Source: Alphaproteobacteria bacterium | GTDB lineage: Bacteria > Pseudomonadota > Alphaproteobacteria > Rs-D84 | Direction: 5' to 3' | NCBI GenBank assembly: GCA_017409215.1 | Contig: JAFQTD010000015.1 | Span: 261-64,260, forward strand | DNA length: 64,000 nt | Shown here: piece after piece, positions 9,177 through 16,449 of the stretch | How positions within the stretch are numbered: the first letter of the stretch is position 1 | How the letters are laid out: every line of letters starts with the position of its first letter | The notes under the pieces: generated by a model | What the model was told of the DNA's origin: nothing | The model's input: only the letters and a program-made list of their open reading frames with translations | Databases searched by the model: none | Made by a program: the position numbers and the translations under genes

Positions 9177-9629
9177 ATGCAAATTATTGAATATTACAAA
9201 TCAAAAAATCAAGAACACTGGAAAAACGAAATAGGTAAAGGTGATTGGTCGGCTGCAAAACTTTTGTATTCTTGGTTAAATACCGATAAATTAAAACAAA
9301 TATGTGGAAAATCGACAAAGATTTTTCTACTTACAGATGGCGATAATTTGGTTTCTTTCGCAATCTTAGCCGAACAAGATGAAATCGATGCACCTGAATT
9401 ATCCCCATGGATTGGTTTTGCATATACTTTTCCAAAATATCGTGGTAATAACAATATCGGCAAATTGATAAATCGTATTTGCGATACATTAAAATCCAAT
9501 AAAATCGAAAAAGTATATATATCTACTGACCATATAGGTTTATACGAGAAATACGGTTTTGTATTCTGGAAAATTATGAACAACCGAGAAGGCAAACCAA
9601 CTAGAGTTTATATAAAAAATCTTAATTAA
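9177..9629 (+). CDS. GNAT family N-acetyltransferase
   Basis: 150 aa. FAYTFPKYRGNNNIGKLINRICD (acetyl-CoA-binding R/Q-x-x-G-x-G/A-like) and YEKYGF. Confidence 0.7.
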   Translation: MQIIEYYKSKNQEHWKNEIGKGDWSAAKLLYSWLNTDKLKQICGKSTKIFLLTDGDNLVSFAILAEQDEIDAPELSPWIGFAYTFPKYRGNNNIGKLINRICDTLKSNKIEKVYISTDHIGLYEKYGFVFWKIMNNREGKPTRVYIKNLN

Positions 9630-9639
9630 AGGTAATGAT

Positions 9640-10536
9640 ATGATTAGTCAAGTTATAGATGGAATAGAATTTAAATTAAAAGAATATCAGGATTTTTCTT
9701 GGTTAAATAATTATGGAACTGTGTTTAATGTTATAGATGAGACAGGTAGCGGATGTATATCTTTTGGTATAAAAAAGGACAATAAAAAATATTTCTTTAA
9801 GATTGCAGGTGCAAAAACAGTTAATGCTGAAATAAGCGAAGAAGAATCGATTAAATTATTAAAAGAAGCAGTAATAAAATACAAAGACATCAAAAATGAC
9901 AATTTGATCAAGTTGGTAGATGCTTTTGAATATAAAGATTTTTATGTCGTAATCTATGAATATGCCGAAGGAGAATGTTTATTTGATCATTGGAATTTTG
10001 ATAGATATGAAAAAACCAAAGAAATAACTCCTTTGATGAAATTCAAATCATTACCAGTAGAAAAAAGATTGAATGTTGTGGATAAGTTGTTTTCGTTTTT
10101 TGAATCATTTATTGACGCGGGATATGTTGCGGTAGATTTTTATGATAGTAGTATAATTTATGATTTTGATAATGATGAAGTCACTTTTTGTGATATAGAT
10201 TTATTTAGAAAAATGCCAACCGTAAATGATTTGGGAACAGGTTATTTTGGAACCAAAAGATTAAAAGCCCCCGAAGAAAACGAATTAGGTGCATCAATAG
10301 ACGAACAAACATCATTATTTACATTGGGTGCAATTATATTTGATATGTTTAGTAATGAATCAAATATAAAAGAACGGTATGCAAAGGGATGTTTTATTCC
10401 TAATAAAATAGATGAATTCGAACTAAATAATAGTGTTTATAATGTACTATTAAAAGCAACAGCATACAATAGAAATGATAGATATAAAACCATCAAAGAG
10501 TTCAAGGACGATTTTTATAAAAAAATTCATTTGTGA
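9640..10536 (+). CDS. protein-kinase-fold protein (Ser/Thr kinase-like)
   Basis: Gly-loop DETGSGCISFG, YFFKIAG (VAIK-like), hinge IYEYAEGE, catalytic-like VAVDFYDSSIIYD, FCDIDLF (DFG-like), KAPEE (APE), SLFTLGAIIFDMF. Confidence 0.7.
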   Translation: MISQVIDGIEFKLKEYQDFSWLNNYGTVFNVIDETGSGCISFGIKKDNKKYFFKIAGAKTVNAEISEEESIKLLKEAVIKYKDIKNDNLIKLVDAFEYKDFYVVIYEYAEGECLFDHWNFDRYEKTKEITPLMKFKSLPVEKRLNVVDKLFSFFESFIDAGYVAVDFYDSSIIYDFDNDEVTFCDIDLFRKMPTVNDLGTGYFGTKRLKAPEENELGASIDEQTSLFTLGAIIFDMFSNESNIKERYAKGCFIPNKIDEFELNNSVYNVLLKATAYNRNDRYKTIKEFKDDFYKKIHL

Positions 10537-10746
10537 TTCATTATATCACAAAATCTGCAAAAATTCTTTTATTTCTTTTCCGAAACATAACAAATCACGA
10601 ATAAAATTGGTTCGTGAATTGCACGAGTTGCCCTGCCAAATCTGATTTTCCGTCCATTTGGGCGGATTTTTTCTTTGTTTTCCAATAGTTCTGTGAGTTC
10701 GTAAGTTGTGTATCAAAAACCACCACCATTTTACCAATTTACGAAC
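10537..10746 (+). repeat. cassette-array repeat R2 (full)
   Basis: TTCATTATATCACAAAATCTGCAAAAATTC..TTTTCCGAAAC..AATCACGAATAAAATTGGTTCGTGAATTGCACGAGTTGCCCTGCCA (core 10627-10638). Followed by hairpin CCGTCCATTTGGGCGG+T-run, then GTTCGTAAGTTG..CAATTTACGAAC. Confidence 0.85.
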
Positions 10747-10823
10747 TTTTTTCGGGTGGTTGTATTGATAATTTTTGTATATTGATATATAATTTGCACA
10801 GATTCTATAATAGAGGCACAAAA

Positions 10824-11348
10824 ATGATTTATTACAATGTAAATGATATCGTTATCAGAGATATGGTCGAAACAGACCCAGAAATTATCACTCATGAAGA
10901 ACATTTGCAAGGCTGGACAGACCAAAAAGTTGAAAAATATACACGCCGATTAAAAGATGTTGCCGACGGAAAATGCGTATCATTGGTTGCAGAATACAAG
11001 GGTAATGTCGCTGGGTATTTCAATGTGTATCCAAATTCAATGGGTGGTTCTTTTGGTGGCAAAGGATTGCCTGAATTGGTTGATTTTGGGGTGCTTGCAA
11101 AATACAGAAGACATGGTATCGGTAATGCTTTAATGCAAGTGGCAGAAGATATAGCAAAAAGATATTCAGATACTGTTTATTTGGGCGTTGGTTTGAATCG
11201 AGATTACGGTTCCGCACAAAGATTGTATATCAAGCGAGGTTTTATTCCAGACGGAACAGGTTTATGGTGGAATGGAAAAAACCTTGACCCGTATGCCGAC
11301 TTGAAAAACGACGATGAAGCCGCAATCTATATGTCAAAGAAGTTATAA
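10824..11348 (+). CDS. GNAT family N-acetyltransferase
   Basis: Start at ATG 10824 (MIYYNVNDIV). VLAKYRRHGIGNALMQ motif A and YIKRGF. Confidence 0.8.
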   Translation: MIYYNVNDIVIRDMVETDPEIITHEEHLQGWTDQKVEKYTRRLKDVADGKCVSLVAEYKGNVAGYFNVYPNSMGGSFGGKGLPELVDFGVLAKYRRHGIGNALMQVAEDIAKRYSDTVYLGVGLNRDYGSAQRLYIKRGFIPDGTGLWWNGKNLDPYADLKNDDEAAIYMSKKL

Positions 11349-11355
11349 TGGACAT

Positions 11356-11430
11356 CCAAAAAATTCTTTAACATCTTTCCCAAACACAAACAATTCGCGC
11401 GTAAACTCTGCTCGTGAATTGCACAGTTGG
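11356..11430 (+). repeat. cassette-array repeat R3, left arm only (broken at the core)
   Basis: ..TTCTTTAACATCTTTCCCAAACACAAACAATTCGCGCGTAAACTCTGCTCGTGAATTGCACAGTTGG, then unrelated sequence. The arm matches the R4 left arm. Confidence 0.75.
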
Positions 11431-11433
11431 TGT

Positions 11434-11588
11434 TTTGATATTGCTTTTTTAGACGATGGGTCACTGTTGGCGATGATAAAGTTCGACCAGAGCATGAAGC
11501 ACTGGACGGCGAAGTCAGAACATGGTATGATACAACACATCCAGGTGAAGAATACGGATGCAGATGTCATGCGGAAAGTGTCGATTAA
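11434..11588 (+). pseudogene. C-terminal fragment of a phage Mu-F/SPP1-gp7-like domain
   Basis: The frame reads CFFRRWVTVGDDKVRPEHEALDGEVRTWYDTTHPGEEYGCRCHAESVD*. This matches the D-x-R/K-V/T-R-P-x-H..LDG...H/P..NCRC signature. No upstream start or N-terminal part. Confidence 0.55.
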
Positions 11589-12066
11589 TTTTTTTATCTT
11601 GTTAATGTGTGCAGCTTGTACGAAACAAGTTGAATATACTGGTGATTTTTCTGATGGTTTGCCAGCACCACAAAAAACAGAAATTTTCAATTTGTCGGAT
11701 GAGTACGGAATAAAACAAATAGACACTTTTTATATTGATGTTAATAATGACGGTGTAAAAGATACTATTAAGCGCGGTCGCTTTGTAACGGGCACCGCAC
11801 ATTCTTATACTTTTTATGATATATACCTTGATAATGGTGAAAAACTGGCACGATTAACAACCCAAGAAAGTGCCGATTGTATTCTGCGTGCTTATAAATT
11901 CCAAACTCAACCATTTTTAATAACAAGCGCGGCAAGAAATGTCGGTGCTGATTATACAGAACCCACAAAGGCAAAAATTGAAAAATTTGAAATCAAAGAT
12001 AACAAAATAGAACCTGTGTACAATAAAGAGCATAAACCGATTTGTGATGTCAGGCATTTATTGTAA
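11569..12066 (+). CDS. putative secreted protein/lipoprotein, unknown
   Basis: Start at MRKVSINFFILLMCAACTKQ. The 250-aa track ORF 11314-12066 reads through the repeat and is rejected. Confidence 0.5.
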   Translation: MRKVSINFFILLMCAACTKQVEYTGDFSDGLPAPQKTEIFNLSDEYGIKQIDTFYIDVNNDGVKDTIKRGRFVTGTAHSYTFYDIYLDNGEKLARLTTQESADCILRAYKFQTQPFLITSAARNVGADYTEPTKAKIEKFEIKDNKIEPVYNKEHKPICDVRHLL

Positions 12067-12082
12067 ACAAGTACATAAATCA

Positions 12083-12120
12083 GGTGGTGAAATTTGATAC
12101 CATTTCACACATTTACGAAC
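12083..12120 (+). repeat. cassette-array repeat R3, distal right-arm end only
   Basis: GGTGGTGAAATTTGATACCATTTCACACATTTACGAAC matches the end of the R0 right arm (..GCTACCGTTTCACACATTTACGAAC). Confidence 0.65.
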
Positions 12121-12185
12121 TTTTAAAAAGAAAAGGTTAGAAATCTAACCTTTTATGCAGTTCGTATTTGTTGTGGGTGTTTGAT

Positions 12186-12605
12186 TTATTTAAACAATGC
12201 TTTTAATTGTTTTTCAGTTTTTTCATCTATCTTTTTACTTTGTAAATGTTGATATGGTTTATCTACTTCAACTTCTTGCCAAAAACATACACTATTATTT
12301 AATATAAATTTAATTCTTACAAGACCATATTCATGAATTTTTAAAAATTCTAATTTATTATCTGCATTCGAATACGAAATTGAATGTAATAATGAGTCAT
12401 TATCATATACTGTTTTATTACCCAATTTTATATCTGTGCCGTTAGTAGTTATGATTGCATAATTTTTATATAATTTTATATCTGTTGTTGGTTTACCTTC
12501 CTCGGCACCATTACAGAAAAAGCCATTTTGAACAAATACAGGTTTATCTGAACAAGCAGTCAAACCAATCAAAATCGGCAAAATTAACAAAGATAATTTT
12601 TTCAT
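12186..12605 (-). CDS. lipoprotein, unknown
   Basis: MKKLSLLILPILIGLTAC lipobox; RBS AAGGAG. Confidence 0.65.
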   Translation of the reverse strand: MKKLSLLILPILIGLTACSDKPVFVQNGFFCNGAEEGKPTTDIKLYKNYAIITTNGTDIKLGNKTVYDNDSLLHSISYSNADNKLEFLKIHEYGLVRIKFILNNSVCFWQEVEVDKPYQHLQSKKIDEKTEKQLKALFK

Positions 12606-12626
12606 TTTTTACTCCTTCGTTATAGC

Positions 12627-12834
12627 ATCATTATATCACAAAATTTGCAAAAATGTTTTAATATTTTTCCCAAACACAAACAATTCGCGCGTAAACTCTG
12701 CTCGTGAATTGCGTGAGTTGCCCTGCCAGAATAACAACCGACCCTTGGGGTCGGTTTTTTCTTTGTTTTCTAATAGTTTCGCGAGTTCGTAAGGTGGGTG
12801 ATGAAAACCGCCACTGTTTTATGAATTTATGAAC
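12627..12834 (+). repeat. cassette-array repeat R4 (full)
   Basis: Core GTTGCCCTGCCA (12717-12728). The hairpin AACCGACCCTTGGGGTCGGTTTT (12736-12758) is identical to the one directly behind tRNA-Glu (7921-7943). Right arm GTTCGTAAGG..ATTTATGAAC. Confidence 0.85.
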
Positions 12835-12886
12835 TATTTTTTTCATTAATTTTATGCTATAATGTGTGTCGTACAAGGAGAAATAA

Positions 12887-13426
12887 ATGAAAAAAGTTTT
12901 ATTGGTCGCTTTATGTGCATTAGGTGTCGTTGGATGTGATTCAACCAAAACATATGATATTACAGAAAGCGTATTGTGCAAATTCGAAAACGATAAAATA
13001 CGTTGCCCTGAACATAATATTAAACGACCCGATAATCTTGTCACAGACATATACAGAGAAAATGCTAATCTTTATCTGCACGCGCATAAAGATGGTGTTA
13101 TTATTTGCGAATTAGACTTTGTAAACGCAACGGATTTTTGTCGCGATGAACAAGGCAATCCTATTAACGGAATAATTAAAAATTACGAAGCGGATTTAGG
13201 ATATTTGATACAAGAAAACATTTACAAAAACGGCAAAATGCTTAAATCTGTTAGTTATTATGAGAATGGAATTATTTCATCGGAAAGTACAGCAGATGGC
13301 GTATCGCGCGCCTACAATAAAGACGGAAAACTGGTATACATAACAGAAAAAACCGCTGATAAAATAATTAGAACAGATTATGACCAAAACGGTAATATTA
13401 CAAATACAAAGGTTTTATCAAAATAA
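12887..13426 (+). CDS. MORN-repeat (YwqK-like) lipoprotein
   Basis: Lipobox GVVGC. Repeated Y-x-N-G-x-x-x-x motifs (YKNGKMLKSVSYYENGIISSES..YNKDGKLVYI), as in MORN-variant/YwqK antitoxin-immunity family proteins. Confidence 0.55.
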   Translation: MKKVLLVALCALGVVGCDSTKTYDITESVLCKFENDKIRCPEHNIKRPDNLVTDIYRENANLYLHAHKDGVIICELDFVNATDFCRDEQGNPINGIIKNYEADLGYLIQENIYKNGKMLKSVSYYENGIISSESTADGVSRAYNKDGKLVYITEKTADKIIRTDYDQNGNITNTKVLSK

Positions 13427-13440
13427 TAACGCAAAAACAA

Positions 13441-13543
13441 CCTGACTTCTTTCCCGAACGATAACAATTCATAAAGAAAATCATTTCGTGAATTGCACGT
13501 ATTCTCCTGTCAGAAATCAAAACACCGCACGAAGCGGTGTTTT
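13441..13543 (+). repeat. cassette-array repeat R5 (left arm, degenerate core, terminator; no right arm)
   Basis: CTTCTTTCCCGAACGATAACAATTCATAAAGAAAATCATTTCGTGAATTGCACGTATTCTCCTGTCA, then the bidirectional hairpin AAAACACCGCACGAAGCGGTGTTTT. Confidence 0.7.
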
Positions 13544-13709
13544 ATTCTGTTATACATTCGTTTATTTCTGTATTATAACTAAAACCCCTATCAAGACAAT
13601 AGTCTTGTTTGTCATTACCTGACAACCCAGCAATACCAAGCAATACTATCGCCCCAATCAGGAACACTACAAACAAATACACTATCAACAGCACATAAAA
13701 TCTTTTCAT
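13542..13709 (-). CDS. small single-pass membrane protein
   Basis: Start at MKRFYVLLIVYLFVVFLIGAIVLLGIAGL, with a Cys-containing tail. Lies 16 nt downstream of the SAA-like gene. Confidence 0.4.
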   Translation of the reverse strand: MKRFYVLLIVYLFVVFLIGAIVLLGIAGLSGNDKQDYCLDRGFSYNTEINECITE

Positions 13710-13725
13710 ACCATGTATGATAACA

Positions 13726-14145
13726 TTATTTTGCCACTTGTCCAGTTTCGTCTTTGACCCAATATTTTTGCAATAATTCATGCGTTGGGATATTTGGATA
13801 TTTTTTTGCTTGTTCACGACCATATTTATTGGCATTTAAATCTTCTTGTATATCAAATGCCAAATCTATTGGATTTTGATAATGGTGTTTTAATGCGTCA
13901 TTCAATTCTCTGAAAGCACTGATAAACTCTGCTGTTTTTTCACCATATTTGCCGCGTTTTGTTGCGTTCGCATTGGCGCGCGCGTGCGCATACTTATCAA
14001 AGCCAATTAAATTTTTCTTACGCATATCTTGATAGCTGTTCCAAAAATCCATACCTCCCAACATAATTTGCTGTAACGGTGTATATTGCTCAGATTTCTT
14101 TTCTTGTAGTACTTCTATTATTTTTTGTTTATAATTTTTATACAT
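13726..14145 (-). CDS. serum amyloid A (SAA)-like protein
   Basis: DFWNSYQDMRKKNLIGFDKYAHARANANATKRGKYGEKTAEFISAFRE aligns by eye with vertebrate SAA [48 protein letters not shown] (recalled from memory). Confidence 0.75.
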   Translation of the reverse strand: MYKNYKQKIIEVLQEKKSEQYTPLQQIMLGGMDFWNSYQDMRKKNLIGFDKYAHARANANATKRGKYGEKTAEFISAFRELNDALKHHYQNPIDLAFDIQEDLNANKYGREQAKKYPNIPTHELLQKYWVKDETGQVAK

Positions 14146-14344
14146 GAAATATTCCTTATTGTTTATTACAATATGCCAAACACCAGTTCACATATTGTGA
14201 TTATTTTTTAACTATTCTAATTAAGAAGGTTTGTTTTTGAAGATTGTTTCCGTGGCAAAATGCAGTTAGTGCCTAACTACTTACAATGCTTAATTTAAAG
14301 TTGACAATATAAAAAAGAAAAAATCAAGTATTTTTTATCTCAGA

Positions 14345-14527
14345 TTCTAAAAAGAACTTAACATCTTTTCCGAACGATAACAAATCACGAATAAAATCTG
14401 TTCGTGAATTGCGCGAGTTGCCCTGCCAGAATAAACAAAACCGCATTTTTGCGGTTTTTGTTTGAAATACTTTCAGCGGTTCGTAAATCGGGTGTCAAAC
14501 CCCACCACACTTTCAATGATTTACGAA
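14345..14527 (+). repeat. cassette-array repeat R6 (full)
   Basis: ..AACATCTTTTCCGAACGATAACAAATCACGAATAAAATCTGTTCGTGAATTGCGCGAGTTGCCCTGCCA (core 14417-14428). Followed by hairpin AAAACCGCATTTTTGCGGTTTTT, then GTTCGTAAATC..GATTTACGAAT. Confidence 0.85.
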
Positions 14528-15073
14528 TTACTTTTCCAAAATTTTTTCTAAGATATATTCGTGATGCCATTCGCCATCTATGAATGCGGTATCGTGTAAA
14601 ATACCAACGATTTCATAGCCTTGTTTTAACAGATTGCCCAAAGAACGCGTGTTTTTATGGCGAATGTTGGATTCTAACTTGTGTACATTGTTTTCAGTTG
14701 CCCATTTACCAACAATCTGCTTAAACTTAGTCCCCAGTCCCATTGATGTATATTTTTCCAATATTGTCGTTCCTGTGACCGCAACACGTCCCGACCACGG
14801 ATGGTCTGGCATTTTCTTGGTAATGTTTGCCGTACCTATGACCTGGTCGCCATCAAACGCAGCGACAAATAACCCATTTTCATTTGTCCAATCTTTTACG
14901 GCCCGTTCCCTGGGTGGCAATGGACGTTCGGGATACTGCCATGTCCATTTTGCACTGGGGCCTTTTCTGAACTCTTTCATATACCGCATAACGGCATCAT
15001 AATCATCGGCACGCAATGGACGGATAGTCACAACCCGACCATTTTTTAATTTGAACTTTATTGCACGTTTCAT
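14528..15073 (-). CDS. GNAT family N-acetyltransferase
   Basis: 181 aa. ILEKYTSMGLGTKFKQ (motif A) and LKQGYEIVG. Confidence 0.75.
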   Translation of the reverse strand: MKRAIKFKLKNGRVVTIRPLRADDYDAVMRYMKEFRKGPSAKWTWQYPERPLPPRERAVKDWTNENGLFVAAFDGDQVIGTANITKKMPDHPWSGRVAVTGTTILEKYTSMGLGTKFKQIVGKWATENNVHKLESNIRHKNTRSLGNLLKQGYEIVGILHDTAFIDGEWHHEYILEKILEK

Positions 15074-15173
15074 TTTGATTTCCTTTCTTTATTCAAGGAT
15101 AATTATACTACAAATTTGTATAAATTTCCATTGATAGATGCCTGTGCTGGGGGGGACGGTTGTGCTGGTCGGG

Positions 15174-15260
15174 TTAAAGTTTTATTTCTGTGTCTGTCTT
15201 GATGTTTTGTGTAAACATTTCATCATGCGATACCAATAGAATCGCACCAGTATATTGATG
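15174..15260 (-). pseudogene. 3' remnant of a second ABC-F gene
   Basis: Minus frame reads HQYTGAILLVSHDEMFTQNIKTDTEIKL*, versus NQYTGAILLVSHDEMFAKNINIDRIVCL* at the end of the intact ABC-F gene (16450-16540). 23 nt are identical (AAACATTTCATCATGCGATACCA). Confidence 0.75.
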
Positions 15261-15514
15261 TTAAAGGATTTGTTGCCGGACTTGTGCCTGGGAAGCATGG
15301 TGAGTGGCCGGGTTCCGAATATTCATGGGGAAATTCGCGCATCTGGCTGGAACCATCAAAAGAAACAAATACATACGGCCGTGATGATTTTTCAATTCAT
15401 GGCGGGTGGTTTCCAGGTTCGGCGGGCTGTATTGATTTAACATCAAATATGGATAATTTTGTTGCGTTATTTGATTATATAGGGAATGATTTAATCATAA
15501 AGGTGGAATATTAA
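15261..15514 (+). pseudogene. orphan C-terminal fragment of an L,D-transpeptidase-fold (Tlde1/DUF2778/YkuD-like) toxin domain
   Basis: ..GRDDFSIHGGWFPGSAGCIDLTSNMDNF contains the H-x(n)-S/G-x-GC(I/V) catalytic signature. There is no ATG or N-terminal third, and the open frame runs back into the ABC-F remnant. Confidence 0.45.
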
Positions 15515-15529
15515 CAATTAAGGTCTGGC

Positions 15530-15871
15530 ATGGAACAAAACAAGTATTCTTTGATGTATTATTCGGCTGTATTGTTGTCTGGGCTGTTTTATTTCTTTTT
15601 GGACGACTTGGCTTGTTTTGGTCGGATTGCGAAACACGAAGCCATATGGTGGAATATGTGCATACATCTAGATGGTCATAAAGCTGATGTTTGTATGGCA
15701 CGTTATGACTTGTTATGTATTTACATAATTTTGGGTCTGTTAATGTGGTTGGGGTATAAACTTGTCCCTATTTATAAAAAGAAAATCTTTTTTATTCCGC
15801 TGTTGGGAGGATTGGCATGTTTAATATGTAATTTTCTGTATTATTTGATTTTAGCTGTGTTATATTTCTAG
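15530..15871 (+). CDS. small multi-pass membrane protein (candidate immunity protein)
   Basis: 113 aa, 3-4 hydrophobic helices, starts 15 nt after the toxin-like fragment. Confidence 0.45.
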   Translation: MEQNKYSLMYYSAVLLSGLFYFFLDDLACFGRIAKHEAIWWNMCIHLDGHKADVCMARYDLLCIYIILGLLMWLGYKLVPIYKKKIFFIPLLGGLACLICNFLYYLILAVLYF

Positions 15872-15962
15872 TTTAGAAACAATGGACATGATCTAATTAT
15901 CGATCTAATATATTAACATACAAAAACTTACCTGCTTTTTATGGACTAATGGTATAATATGC

Positions 15963-16241
15963 TTGTCGATGGTACTTGTATTTTTAAATGACCTTAATCA
16001 GATTTTATATAATGGAAAATGGGAAGGTCTGTTGAGTAGAATATTTCCATCCAACATACTTATATTTATAAACATTGTACTTATCGCTACCCTGCTACTT
16101 TTATCGGGATTTTATTTACGCAAAATTTTATGTGAGACCCGCCACAAAGTACGAGCCATATTACTTTATATTATGTTTGGGGTATTAGGTTTCTTTTCTA
16201 CTATGTTGATCTTTATATTGTGTATACATATAATGCTGTAA
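15963..16241 (+). CDS. small membrane protein
   Basis: 92 aa (TTG start; alternative ATG at 15969), 2-3 hydrophobic helices. Confidence 0.35.
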   Translation: MSMVLVFLNDLNQILYNGKWEGLLSRIFPSNILIFINIVLIATLLLLSGFYLRKILCETRHKVRAILLYIMFGVLGFFSTMLIFILCIHIML

Positions 16242-16449
16242 TATTGACTTCCCTGTTTTGGGCATTGTATGTAAGTGGTGGGGTTATTTGATTATTTGAT
16301 AACTTCGTTGGACATACTGGTAACCTTGTGGCGGAAAGGTGGCTGGAATCCGCCTTAAAATAAAGCCCCGACAGATTTTGTCGGGGGGGTGATTATTTCT
16401 GGCGGAGTATGATTTTATCACGAACAACCATATACAAATTCCAACAAAA

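Noticed and set aside
11314-12066. Track ORF of 250 aa as a single CDS.
   Set aside because: Its first 85 codons read through the repeat left arm and, out of frame, the Mu-F fragment. A signal-peptide-like start (MRKVSINFFILLMCAAC) at 11569 gives a sensible protein.
8076-15130. Classical integron attC sites.
   Set aside because: The inverted repeats read GTTCGTAA..TTACGAAC (GTT first, AAC last), not R'' RYYYAAC ... R' GTTRRRY. The units are ~200 bp and include a terminator. Genes occur in both orientations, and no intI or attI is in the window. Only the concept (a folded, strand-specific site between cassettes) is similar.
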